Shown piece after piece: positions 29,776 to 36,707 of a DNA stretch of 64,000 nt. Origin of the DNA: a virus; the IMG/VR virus record IMGVR_UViG_3300047564_002270, positions 1 through 64,000 of that record, one strand, 5' to 3'. The position numbers and the translations under genes were made by a program. Within the stretch, counting starts at the first letter, position 1, and each line of letters starts with the position of its first letter. The notes beneath the pieces were generated by a model. That model was given only the letters and a program-made list of their open reading frames with translations, was not told the origin of the DNA and ran no database searches.

Positions 29776-29882
29776 AAATCATAAAAAATTGAATAAAAAT
29801 GGGGGGTGCTGCAGAACCCCCTTTTTTAGTATCAAAAACGCATATATATAATTAACCTCTATAATTATTTTAAAGGAGTATT

Positions 29883-30080
29883 ATGACTGAGACTGCACAA
29901 CAAATTGCTGATGCATTTGCGACTTGGCAAGCTGAAGATGAAAAATTTGCAAAAGGTAATAGTGCTGCTGGCACCAGAGCCCGTAAGGCATTGCAAGAAA
30001 TTACAAAACTTGCAAAATCAAGAAGGGCAGAAATTTCGGAAGAAAAGACTGCACGTAAAGAAGCAAAGGCAGCTGCTTGA
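29883..30080 (+). CDS. histone H1-like (Hc1 family) protein
   Basis: KGNSAAGTRARKALQEITKLAKSRR; AAGGAG RBS. Confidence 0.75.
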   Translation: MTETAQQIADAFATWQAEDEKFAKGNSAAGTRARKALQEITKLAKSRRAEISEEKTARKEAKAAA

Positions 30081-30114
30081 TAAATAAAGGGGAATGGAGA
30101 CATTCCCCTTTTAA

Positions 30115-30399
30115 ATGACAATAGAAGACTTACCAGATAAAGAAAAGATAGTAGATACTTTAGCAGAAGCAGAATATCTAAAGGTAGAAACTGAGATTGG
30201 TGATATAAGTTTAGACTCTTATAACCAAATTAATATTCAACCAAAAGGAACAATATTCGGAACAAAGATCGAAGTTGATGATAATGGAAATATCATTCCC
30301 ACATTAACATTCGATACAAAAAAACTTAAAGAACCTAAGAAAGATATAAATCCCAAAGACATAGTCGACCAAGCATTGGAAGATTTTTGGAATGGATAA
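30115..30399 (+). CDS. hypothetical protein
   Basis: 94-aa ORF coupled to the next ORF. Confidence 0.55.
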   Translation: MTIEDLPDKEKIVDTLAEAEYLKVETEIGDISLDSYNQINIQPKGTIFGTKIEVDDNGNIIPTLTFDTKKLKEPKKDINPKDIVDQALEDFWNG

Positions 30400-30670
30400 G
30401 TATAATATTTTTAAGTTTAAATATGGAAAGGAGAAAAAGGATATCTTTCATTACGCAAAGGTTGGAATTCTTCTTGATGTAGGATTAAGTTTGGTTTCTT
30501 TAATTCCTGGGGTTCAAAAAAAAGATGCCTTCAATGTGATTGATAATGTTCAGAAGAAATTTGGAATTGATGTTCTCAATGATTATATTATAAAAGATGA
30601 AGAATATCTTGGCTATCGTATAGATAGAGTAATCAATGAAGCAATTCAGGATTACGAGAAGGAAAAATGA
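30392..30670 (+). CDS. hypothetical protein
   Basis: 92-aa ORF with overlapping start and stop. Confidence 0.55.
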   Translation: MDKYNIFKFKYGKEKKDIFHYAKVGILLDVGLSLVSLIPGVQKKDAFNVIDNVQKKFGIDVLNDYIIKDEEYLGYRIDRVINEAIQDYEKEK

Positions 30671-31155
30671 AAGTTTATTTTTTCGGTAGAAAAACAATTG
30701 CTTCTGCTATTATTGCCTCTATAATAACATTTTTAATTGTTAATTTGCGTGGATGTGGAATTACTGAGAGTGATATTTACAAATGGTATTTTGAACTTCA
30801 GAAATTAATCAAATGGGATCTACCGAAAACGAATGATATAATAGAAGAAGTCAGAGATCAATTGAACCGTAAGATTATTCAAGATCCTGAACTTTTAGAT
30901 TATAGAGTCCGAAGAGATGTTGACGACGCAATTAATTCTTATGAACGATATGAGAATGAGAATAGAGTTATCTCAATGAAGAACCAGAATATACTTGAAG
31001 AAATTAATAAAGGTAAGTATAATGATCTTCAGAAAAAGATCTTAGAGAACGCAGTATATTATGAATTTGCTGATGGAACTATGGGTATTCGTGGTTCCTG
31101 GGTTCCTGCAGATCCTCGTGAAATTGATTTAGAGAAATTGAATGAAAGTAATTAA
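30667..31155 (+). CDS. hypothetical exported or lipoprotein-like protein
   Basis: N-terminal hydrophobic segment ending LRGC. Confidence 0.55.
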   Translation: MKVYFFGRKTIASAIIASIITFLIVNLRGCGITESDIYKWYFELQKLIKWDLPKTNDIIEEVRDQLNRKIIQDPELLDYRVRRDVDDAINSYERYENENRVISMKNQNILEEINKGKYNDLQKKILENAVYYEFADGTMGIRGSWVPADPREIDLEKLNESN

Positions 31156-31687
31156 AGAAAGTATAAGTGAAGATCTAGCTCATTACTGCCTAGAAGAAAT
31201 TAAAAGATTACAAGGATCTCCTGTATGGACATCTAGTTCTCTTTTTTGGTCTGAAGGTATCAAGAAATGTATTACTGGATCTTGTGTTGTTACGACCACT
31301 GATGAGTCAATTCGATATCAGATTTTAAGTCAGATTAGACATCATCTTCCAAAAGATGCAACTGATATCACAACAATGTTTTATATTTGGCAACCTCATT
31401 CTGGAATATCAAAGCACACGGATCATGGGTATAATTTTGCTGCTACGATTTATCTAAATCCCTCTTGGGATATTGATTGGGGAGGAACTTTCTTATACTA
31501 TAATAAGGGGATTGATTGGGAAGATCCTGATAATGGATATATGTATGATAATGAGAACTGGAAACTTGTAGTTCCAGAATGTAGAACTATGGTTCTAAAT
31601 ACTGATGAAACTTTACATATGGTCACTCCACTTTCTCCTATGAGTCCAGAACTGAGATACACCATACAGATCTGGGGACGCGCTTGA
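31142..31687 (+). CDS. 2OG-Fe(II) oxygenase (prolyl-hydroxylase-like)
   Basis: HTD, IYLN..WGG, HMVTP and RYTIQ. Confidence 0.85.
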   Translation: MKVIKESISEDLAHYCLEEIKRLQGSPVWTSSSLFWSEGIKKCITGSCVVTTTDESIRYQILSQIRHHLPKDATDITTMFYIWQPHSGISKHTDHGYNFAATIYLNPSWDIDWGGTFLYYNKGIDWEDPDNGYMYDNENWKLVVPECRTMVLNTDETLHMVTPLSPMSPELRYTIQIWGRA

Positions 31688-31712
31688 CAGGGGAACGAGG
31701 ATCCTATATAAT
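31684..31712 (+). promoter_or_regulatory. sigma70-type early promoter for the tRNA region
   Basis: TTGACA-17 nt-TATAAT. Confidence 0.8.
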
Positions 31713-31798
31713 AATCTCATAGGCAGCGGGGGTCCAAACCTTGCGTAAGACCTGCCCCTCCCATGCCTCTCAGCGATGCACAAACAGGGAGGACTCTT

Positions 31799-31875
31799 GT
31801 CTCGGTAGCTCAGATGGATAGAGCATCTGCCTTCTAAGCAGTTGGTCACAGGTTCGAGTCCTGTCCGAGACGCCA
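31799..31875 (+). tRNA. tRNA-Arg(UCU)
   Basis: cloverleaf; loop CTTCTAA; CCA encoded. Confidence 0.92.
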
Positions 31876-31948
31876 GGGGAATTAGCTCAGTTGGTAGAGC
31901 GCCTGCTTTGCAAGCAGGATGTCAGCGGTTCGAGTCCGCTATTCTCCA
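31876..31948 (+). tRNA. tRNA-Ala(UGC)
   Basis: cloverleaf; loop TTTGCAA; G3:U70 pair. Confidence 0.93.
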
Positions 31949-32001
31949 CTTGACTTTTTAATAAAAAAAGTCTTATAAATAAAATCACTTAGGTCGAAAC
32001 A

Positions 32002-32103
32002 ATGTCTTATCCAATTCCAACCAAACAGATTAGTAACCTTGATTGCCGCTATTGGCATATTGAGGGTGCTCCCCTGTTTGCGGATATGGAAAGACATATG
32101 TAA
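32002..32103 (+). CDS. 33-aa peptide MSYPIPTKQISNLDCRYWHIEGAPLFADMERHM
   Basis: late promoter TATAAATA upstream and a strong terminator downstream. Confidence 0.45.
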   Translation: MSYPIPTKQISNLDCRYWHIEGAPLFADMERHM

Positions 32104-32123
32104 GATGTTTAATCCATAAAAGC

Positions 32124-32163
32124 AAAAAAGGGGAGAGAAACCAAAAGTTTCCTCCCCTTTTTT
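32124..32163 (+). terminator. intrinsic terminator (potentially bidirectional)
   Basis: AAAAAAGGGGAG...CTCCCCTTTTTT. Confidence 0.75.
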
Positions 32164-32286
32164 GTTGCTTGTGACAGTTTCCTAAGTGTCCACCAACCTC
32201 CCCTCAGAGTTCAAATGGTGGTATTCTATACAAGTGGTTGAGAGACCACACCGAACATCGAAAACTGAATATTTACCACATTATAT

Positions 32287-32358
32287 GGGTCTGTAACTCA
32301 ACGGTAGAGTAACGGGCTTTTAACCTGGAAGTTGTGAGTTCGAATCTCACCAGACCCA
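32287..32358 (+). tRNA. tRNA-Lys(UUU)
   Basis: cloverleaf; loop CTTTTAA. Confidence 0.9.
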
Positions 32359-32362
32359 TCGT

Positions 32363-32444
32363 GGGAGGATTTCCGAGTGGCTAAAGGAACCTGACTGTAA
32401 ATCAGGCGGCTCTGCCTTCGCAGGTTCGAATCCTGCTCCTCCCA
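32363..32444 (+). tRNA. tRNA-Tyr(GUA)
   Basis: cloverleaf with variable arm; loop CTGTAAA. Confidence 0.92.
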
Positions 32445-32448
32445 CCTT

Positions 32449-32522
32449 GACCCATTAGTGTAGCGGTCTATCACGCCACCCTGTCACGGTGGAGATCACG
32501 GGTTCAAATCCCGTATGGGTCG
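32449..32522 (+). tRNA. tRNA-Asp(GUC)
   Basis: cloverleaf; loop CTGTCAC. Confidence 0.92.
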
Positions 32523-32663
32523 TTGAGAGTCAGTATTCTAACTCTCACGCATTCTTCAGAGGTTGCCAGTTTGCAGAAGAATGTTGTAGTAATAACTGGA
32601 ATTGGGGAGGGATTTCCGCCCGATGATTTTAAATCATCACTTTGCGGGATACCCCTCCCATCT

Positions 32664-32735
32664 GGTCCTATCGTCTAGTGGTGAGGACATCACTCTTTCA
32701 CAGTGAAGACACGGGTTCAAATCCCGTTAGGACTA
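32664..32735 (+). tRNA. tRNA-Glu(UUC)
   Basis: cloverleaf; loop CTTTCAC. Confidence 0.92.
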
Positions 32736-32738
32736 TAT

Positions 32739-32815
32739 CCAGATGTAGCTCAGTTTGGTAGAGCCCTCCGTTTGGGGCGGAGTTGTCGGAGGTTCAAATC
32801 CTTTCATCTGGACCA
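32739..32815 (+). tRNA. tRNA-Pro(UGG)
   Basis: cloverleaf; loop TTTGGGG; CCA encoded. Confidence 0.9.
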
Positions 32816-32888
32816 CGGGGAGTAGCTCAGTTGGTAGAGCACGGGATTGAAGATCCTGGTGTCGGCGGTTCAATTCCACCCTCTTCGA
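32816..32888 (+). tRNA. tRNA-Phe(GAA)
   Basis: cloverleaf; loop TTGAAGA. Confidence 0.88.
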
Positions 32889-32892
32889 CCTT

Positions 32893-32964
32893 GGAACCGT
32901 AGCTCAGTGGTAGAGCACTCGGCTGATAACCGAGCGGTCACAAGTTCAAATCTTGTCGGTTCCA
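32893..32964 (+). tRNA. tRNA-Ile(GAU)
   Basis: cloverleaf; loop CTGATAA. Confidence 0.92.
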
Positions 32965-32968
32965 CCTT

Positions 32969-33058
32969 GGAAGTGTGGCAGAGAGGTCTAATGCAGTGGA
33001 TTGCTAATCCGCCGATGTTCTTTAAGGGCATCCGTTGGTTCGAATCCAACCACTTCCG
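32969..33058 (+). tRNA. tRNA-Ser(GCU)
   Basis: long variable arm; loop TTGCTAA. Confidence 0.92.
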
Positions 33059-33143
33059 TTGGAAACATTCTAGAAAATAGAGCCGATATTTCCTCTATCG
33101 AGGTTTGAATGTTCTCCTTGACCGTTGCGGGTAAACGGTCTTT

Positions 33144-33215
33144 GGCAGTGTAGTTCAGTGGTAGAACAAGAGATTCATACCCTCTATGTCGGTAGTTCAA
33201 TTCTACCCACTGCCT
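33144..33215 (+). tRNA. tRNA-Met or Ile2 (CAU)
   Basis: cloverleaf; loop TTCATAC. Confidence 0.82.
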
Positions 33216-33216
33216 T

Positions 33217-33290
33217 GTGTCGTTAGCCTAGTGGTAAGGCAGTGGTTTGTGGAACCACCTAGATGGGTTCAATTCCCATACGACACCCCA
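33217..33290 (+). tRNA. tRNA-His(GUG)
   Basis: cloverleaf; loop TTGTGGA; C73 followed by CCA. Confidence 0.9.
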
Positions 33291-33336
33291 ATTCTACATT
33301 GTAGACCTTATAAATAAAATAAATAGGTCTACTAAA

Positions 33337-33771
33337 ATGAAGTGTAAGAATTGTGGAAAAGAGCATACTCCATCTAGAAATAGTATAGGAGTATATTGTG
33401 GAAACAAATGTCAACATGAGTTTCAAAAAAAACAAAGGATTTCTGATTGGTTATCTGGTGGGAAACTTCCAGGTAGGGGGGCATTAATTGAATACCTATC
33501 CGAAAATTTGGGTGGGTATAAATGTTCTACATGTGGTATTTCAGAATGGAATAATCTTCCTATTTCATTAGAAATAGACCACATAAATGGAAATCCACAT
33601 GATGATAGTTATGTAAATCTTCGTCTTATATGCCCCAATTGCCATTCCCAAACTCCTACTTTTAAAGGTAAAAACAAAGGGAATGGAAGAATTTCCTTAA
33701 TAGAAAGGAGGCGAGAAGATTATCATAGACAAAAACCGCCCGTTAAGCATTGTGGTGATGCAGCAGTTTAG
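33337..33771 (+). CDS. HNH homing endonuclease
   Basis: CKNC..CGNKC, CSTC, LEIDHINGN and NLRLICPNCHSQT. Confidence 0.9.
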   Translation: MKCKNCGKEHTPSRNSIGVYCGNKCQHEFQKKQRISDWLSGGKLPGRGALIEYLSENLGGYKCSTCGISEWNNLPISLEIDHINGNPHDDSYVNLRLICPNCHSQTPTFKGKNKGNGRISLIERRREDYHRQKPPVKHCGDAAV

Positions 33772-33808
33772 TAAACTGCAGAGAACAGTTCAATTCTGTT
33801 ATCGGGCT
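33738..33808 (+). tRNA. tRNA-Thr(AGU), atypical A34
   Basis: anticodon arm GCAGT-TTAGTAA-ACTGC; T arm AACAG-TTCAATT-CTGTT. Confidence 0.78.
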
Positions 33809-33880
33809 TCTGAGGTCGCCAAGCGGTAAGGCAGCGGGTTTTGGTCCCGCCATTCGTGGGTTCGAATCCTACCCTCAGAA
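33809..33880 (+). tRNA. tRNA-Gln(UUG)
   Basis: cloverleaf; loop TTTTGGT. Confidence 0.9.
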
Positions 33881-33883
33881 CCT

Positions 33884-33958
33884 GTTGGGTTGGTGCAATT
33901 GGTAGCATCTCGGTCTCCAAAACCGAAGATCAGAGTTCAAGTCTCTGGCCCTTCGCCA
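33884..33958 (+). tRNA. tRNA-Trp(CCA)
   Basis: loop CTCCAAA; CCA end; two U-U mismatches in the acceptor stem. Confidence 0.83.
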
Positions 33959-33960
33959 AT

Positions 33961-34032
33961 ACCCTGGTAACTCAGTGGAAGAGTGCTTCGCTACGAACGA
34001 AGAAGACGGGGGTTCAAATCCCTCTCAGGGTG
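33961..34032 (+). tRNA. tRNA-Arg(ACG)
   Basis: cloverleaf; loop CTACGAA. Confidence 0.9.
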
Positions 34033-34262
34033 CTTGACAAATTCTTAAGAGTTTGTTACTATATAAAGAGATAGAGGTTAAGTCCCTGTTACATCCTTAT
34101 GAGGTGTATCACACTTAATCCATCAAACGTAGGAAGTGCAATCCCTCTCGCTGGTTAATGCTAGATGAAGGATAAGGTGATTTTGTCCGCACATAGAAAT
34201 CCCTCCTACCACCACAAATATTGGTAGATACGCTTATAAATAATACTAGCAAGTTTACCATT

Positions 34263-34730
34263 ATGAGAAAAAGAGCAGATTTAGATAATAACAAAGAATA
34301 TATTATAAAATCTTTGTTGAGTGGAGAAAAATCTCCAACGGATGTCTGTGTTGAATTTAATTGCAAATACGATACTCTTCGTGCCAGAACAAAAGAGTGG
34401 ATTCCAAATTATAAACCAGACTATACTTCAAAGATAAGAACTTGTGGTGGACAAAATAAACATCTTTCTTTGGAACAATATTATCTACATAAAAATAAAA
34501 AATGTAAAAGGTCTATTTTACATAGATTACTTGTAGAAGAAAGGGGTGATTTTTGTTCTGAATGTGGAGTTTCTTCTACTTGGAATGGTAAAGATTTAAG
34601 ATTACAAGTTGACCATATAAATGGAGAATGTTATGATAATAGACCTTGTAATTTAAGATTACTTTGTCCAAACTGTCATTCGCAGACAGAAACATTCTCA
34701 TCAAAACAATCATTAGCGAGAGTGGTGTAA
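34263..34730 (+). CDS. HNH homing endonuclease
   Basis: CSECG, LQVDHINGE and NLRLLCPNCHSQT. Confidence 0.9.
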   Translation: MRKRADLDNNKEYIIKSLLSGEKSPTDVCVEFNCKYDTLRARTKEWIPNYKPDYTSKIRTCGGQNKHLSLEQYYLHKNKKCKRSILHRLLVEERGDFCSECGVSSTWNGKDLRLQVDHINGECYDNRPCNLRLLCPNCHSQTETFSSKQSLARVV

Positions 34731-34797
34731 TTGGTAGCCACGTTGCTCTTAGAAAGCAATGCTGAAAAGTGTAAGGGTTCGAGTCCCTTCTCTCGCA
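34716..34797 (+). tRNA. tRNA-Leu(UAG)
   Basis: variable arm; loop CTTAGAA. Confidence 0.9.
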
Positions 34798-34837
34798 CTT
34801 GACAATCAAACTAAAATAGTTTATGATTGTCTTATAA

Positions 34838-34909
34838 GCGGAGTTAGTTCAGCGGTAGAACGCTATCCTTCCAAGTTAGATGTCGTCGGTTCGATTCCGA
34901 TACTCCGCT
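34838..34909 (+). tRNA. tRNA-Gly(UCC)
   Basis: cloverleaf; loop CTTCCAA. Confidence 0.92.
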
Positions 34910-34929
34910 CTGAACCTTCGGGTTCTTAT

Positions 34930-35002
34930 TGCCCTATAGCTCAATTGGCAGAGCACGGAGCTGTTAACTCTGGGGTTCTTGGTTCGAGTCCAAGTGGGGC
35001 AG
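34930..35002 (+). tRNA. tRNA-Asn(GUU)
   Basis: cloverleaf; loop CTGTTAA. Confidence 0.92.
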
Positions 35003-35156
35003 TTGGAAGGTCTGGAAATTTTCGGATCTTCCTCTAAATCCTAAAGTCTAGAATTTAGGTCGGGGACTTGATCACCCCCGTTCGGATAGGTAAGGAAAGT
35101 AAAAGGAGCATGGGCACCCTCTTTGCGGGGGAGATACCGCACCTGCCTTATCCTTA

Positions 35157-35231
35157 ACCTCTGGTAGTCTATTGGTAAGGACAGGCGGACAACGCACTTG
35201 GAAACTAGGTTCGATTCCTAGACAGAGGTCA
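35157..35231 (+). ncRNA. tRNA-like RNA with non-canonical anticodon arm
   Basis: acceptor ACCTCTG/CAGAGGT, D arm GTC..GAC and T arm CTAGG-TTCGATT-CCTAG, but only GCG-GACAA-CGC as anticodon arm. Confidence 0.65.
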
Positions 35232-35232
35232 C

Positions 35233-35304
35233 GGGCGATTAACTCAGCGGTAGAGTGCCTCCTTTACACGGAGATGGTCACTGGTTCGAATCCAGTATCG
35301 CCCA
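35233..35304 (+). tRNA. tRNA-Val(UAC)
   Basis: cloverleaf; loop TTTACAC. Confidence 0.92.
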
Positions 35305-35313
35305 TAAGAAATG

Positions 35314-35352
35314 AAAAAACCTCAGGAGCGGCCACCCCTGAGGTTTTATTTT
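35314..35352. terminator. bidirectional intrinsic terminator
   Basis: AAAAAACCTCAGG...CCTGAGGTTTTATTTT. Confidence 0.8.
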
Positions 35353-35378
35353 GACCACACACGTCCCGTTGAGGACAT
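35314..35378 (-). ncRNA. candidate late small RNA complementary to the downstream leader
   Basis: minus-strand TATAAATA at 35389-35382, 5' hairpin GTCC-TCAACG-GGAC, GACGTGTGTG seed, terminator ending in T6. Confidence 0.5.
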
Positions 35379-35437
35379 ACGTATTTATACAATTTGAAAC
35401 AAATTAATCGTTTAAATTATTAAGGAGTTATAAAGTA

Positions 35438-35745
35438 TATAAATAAAATCAAGAGGAGCAATCCTCAGAGTTAGAGACAGCAGACGTATTACTCAGTGAT
35501 TCCTTTTTTGGTTCACTCATTAATGCTTCATTGGGTCTCCTAGATTTTCTTAGGAAAGTCTAAATCACACACGTCACGTATCTCTAACAGGAGATATGTT
35601 CAATCCCGAAGAGAAGTATTCCCAGAGGACTCGGCCAAAGTTCTCTGAGGCAAGGATTCTTCTGGCAATATGTCAGGGAAGGATTGTGCATATCTCTCCA
35701 AAATTACTTATATACACTTTCTTTCCCTTACGGAGAATAAAAAAA
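35438..35745 (+). promoter_or_regulatory. late promoter plus ~300-nt structured 5' leader
   Basis: TATAAATA at 35438-35445; nested stems GTTAGAGA/TCTCTAAC, GACGT/ACGTC, GAGATATG/CATATCTC and CAGAGGACT/AGTTCTCTG. Confidence 0.6.
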
Positions 35746-36648
35746 ATGGCTGATGTAACCGCTTACATGGGTGTAGACCCAGCACTTGCAGATATTCGCA
35801 GAGAAGGTTCTGTAGAGCGTGGAGAAATCCGCTACGATGTTGCTACTCGTGCTGGCGACATTCGTAGAGAAACCGCAGAAGGTATTAGCGAAGTTCGTTA
35901 TGACGTTGCTACCCGCACTGCTGACAACCGTTATGCTAATGCAATCGGTCAAAGCGACATTCGTAAAGAGCAAGCAATCGGTTTTGGTGATACCAGATAC
36001 GCTATTGCTGAGCACTCAGAAGCAACCAACCGTGACGTTTTAACAAGTGGTTTCAATACCAATGTTAAAGTAGACGAAGCTGCTGACAAAATTCAGCAAA
36101 GAGCTGCTGACTTCTACATTGCTGGTCAAGCAAGAGATTTTGATAACTCCCGTGATCTTGCTGCTCTGAAGGCATTCACAGATATGTCTTCTCAAAAACT
36201 CAGCAGTGAGATCCTTCTTGCTACTGAGAAGGCTGCTACTGCTAATGCTCTTGCGTCTGAAAAAGTTGCTGCTGCTGTAGCACTTGAGTCAGCAAGATTA
36301 GGCACTGCTGTAGCACTGGGTCAGTCACAAATCAGCAAAGAAGTTGCTGAAAGTAAGTATGACCTCAGTAAGCAAATGGCTTATGAGAATGAGAAGACCC
36401 GTGACCTCATCAACGACCTCAAGAACTCTGACCTTAACCGTCAGCTCATTGAGCGTAATAGTGATATTAACTATTATCGCCAAGATTGCAATCGTTGGGA
36501 AGGTCTGTATGGCAATGGCCAGTTTGCTCAACTTGCTTCACAAATCAATGCTCTGCAGTCAAACTTAGCAGAAACTCGCCAGGGTCTCTATAACTTTGGA
36601 ACCATGGCTGGTGTAGGTCAATCCTCAAACCAAAATCAGGTTCGCTGA
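35746..36648 (+). CDS. 300-aa hendecad-repeat coiled-coil protein
   Basis: GGAG RBS before ATG 35746; 11-residue repeats DIRRE../EIRYD.. Confidence 0.8.
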   Translation: MADVTAYMGVDPALADIRREGSVERGEIRYDVATRAGDIRRETAEGISEVRYDVATRTADNRYANAIGQSDIRKEQAIGFGDTRYAIAEHSEATNRDVLTSGFNTNVKVDEAADKIQQRAADFYIAGQARDFDNSRDLAALKAFTDMSSQKLSSEILLATEKAATANALASEKVAAAVALESARLGTAVALGQSQISKEVAESKYDLSKQMAYENEKTRDLINDLKNSDLNRQLIERNSDINYYRQDCNRWEGLYGNGQFAQLASQINALQSNLAETRQGLYNFGTMAGVGQSSNQNQVR

Positions 36649-36707
36649 TTATTCATAGTTAAACTTGGGAGGGAAATATTCCCTCCCTTATTACAGGAGA
36701 ATTAACT

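Noticed and set aside
32847-35354. ORFs 32847, 32988, 33841, 34576, 34759 and 35172
   Set aside because: They overlap tRNA genes and are chance open frames.
35596-35745. 50-aa N-terminal extension of the coiled-coil ORF
   Set aside because: It lies in the structured leader and its composition differs from the rest; ATG 35746 has its own RBS. Kept only as a possible minor isoform.
35314-35745. Retron msr-msd or DGR interpretation of the structured region
   Set aside because: No reverse transcriptase is present in the window and no template/variable repeat pair was seen.
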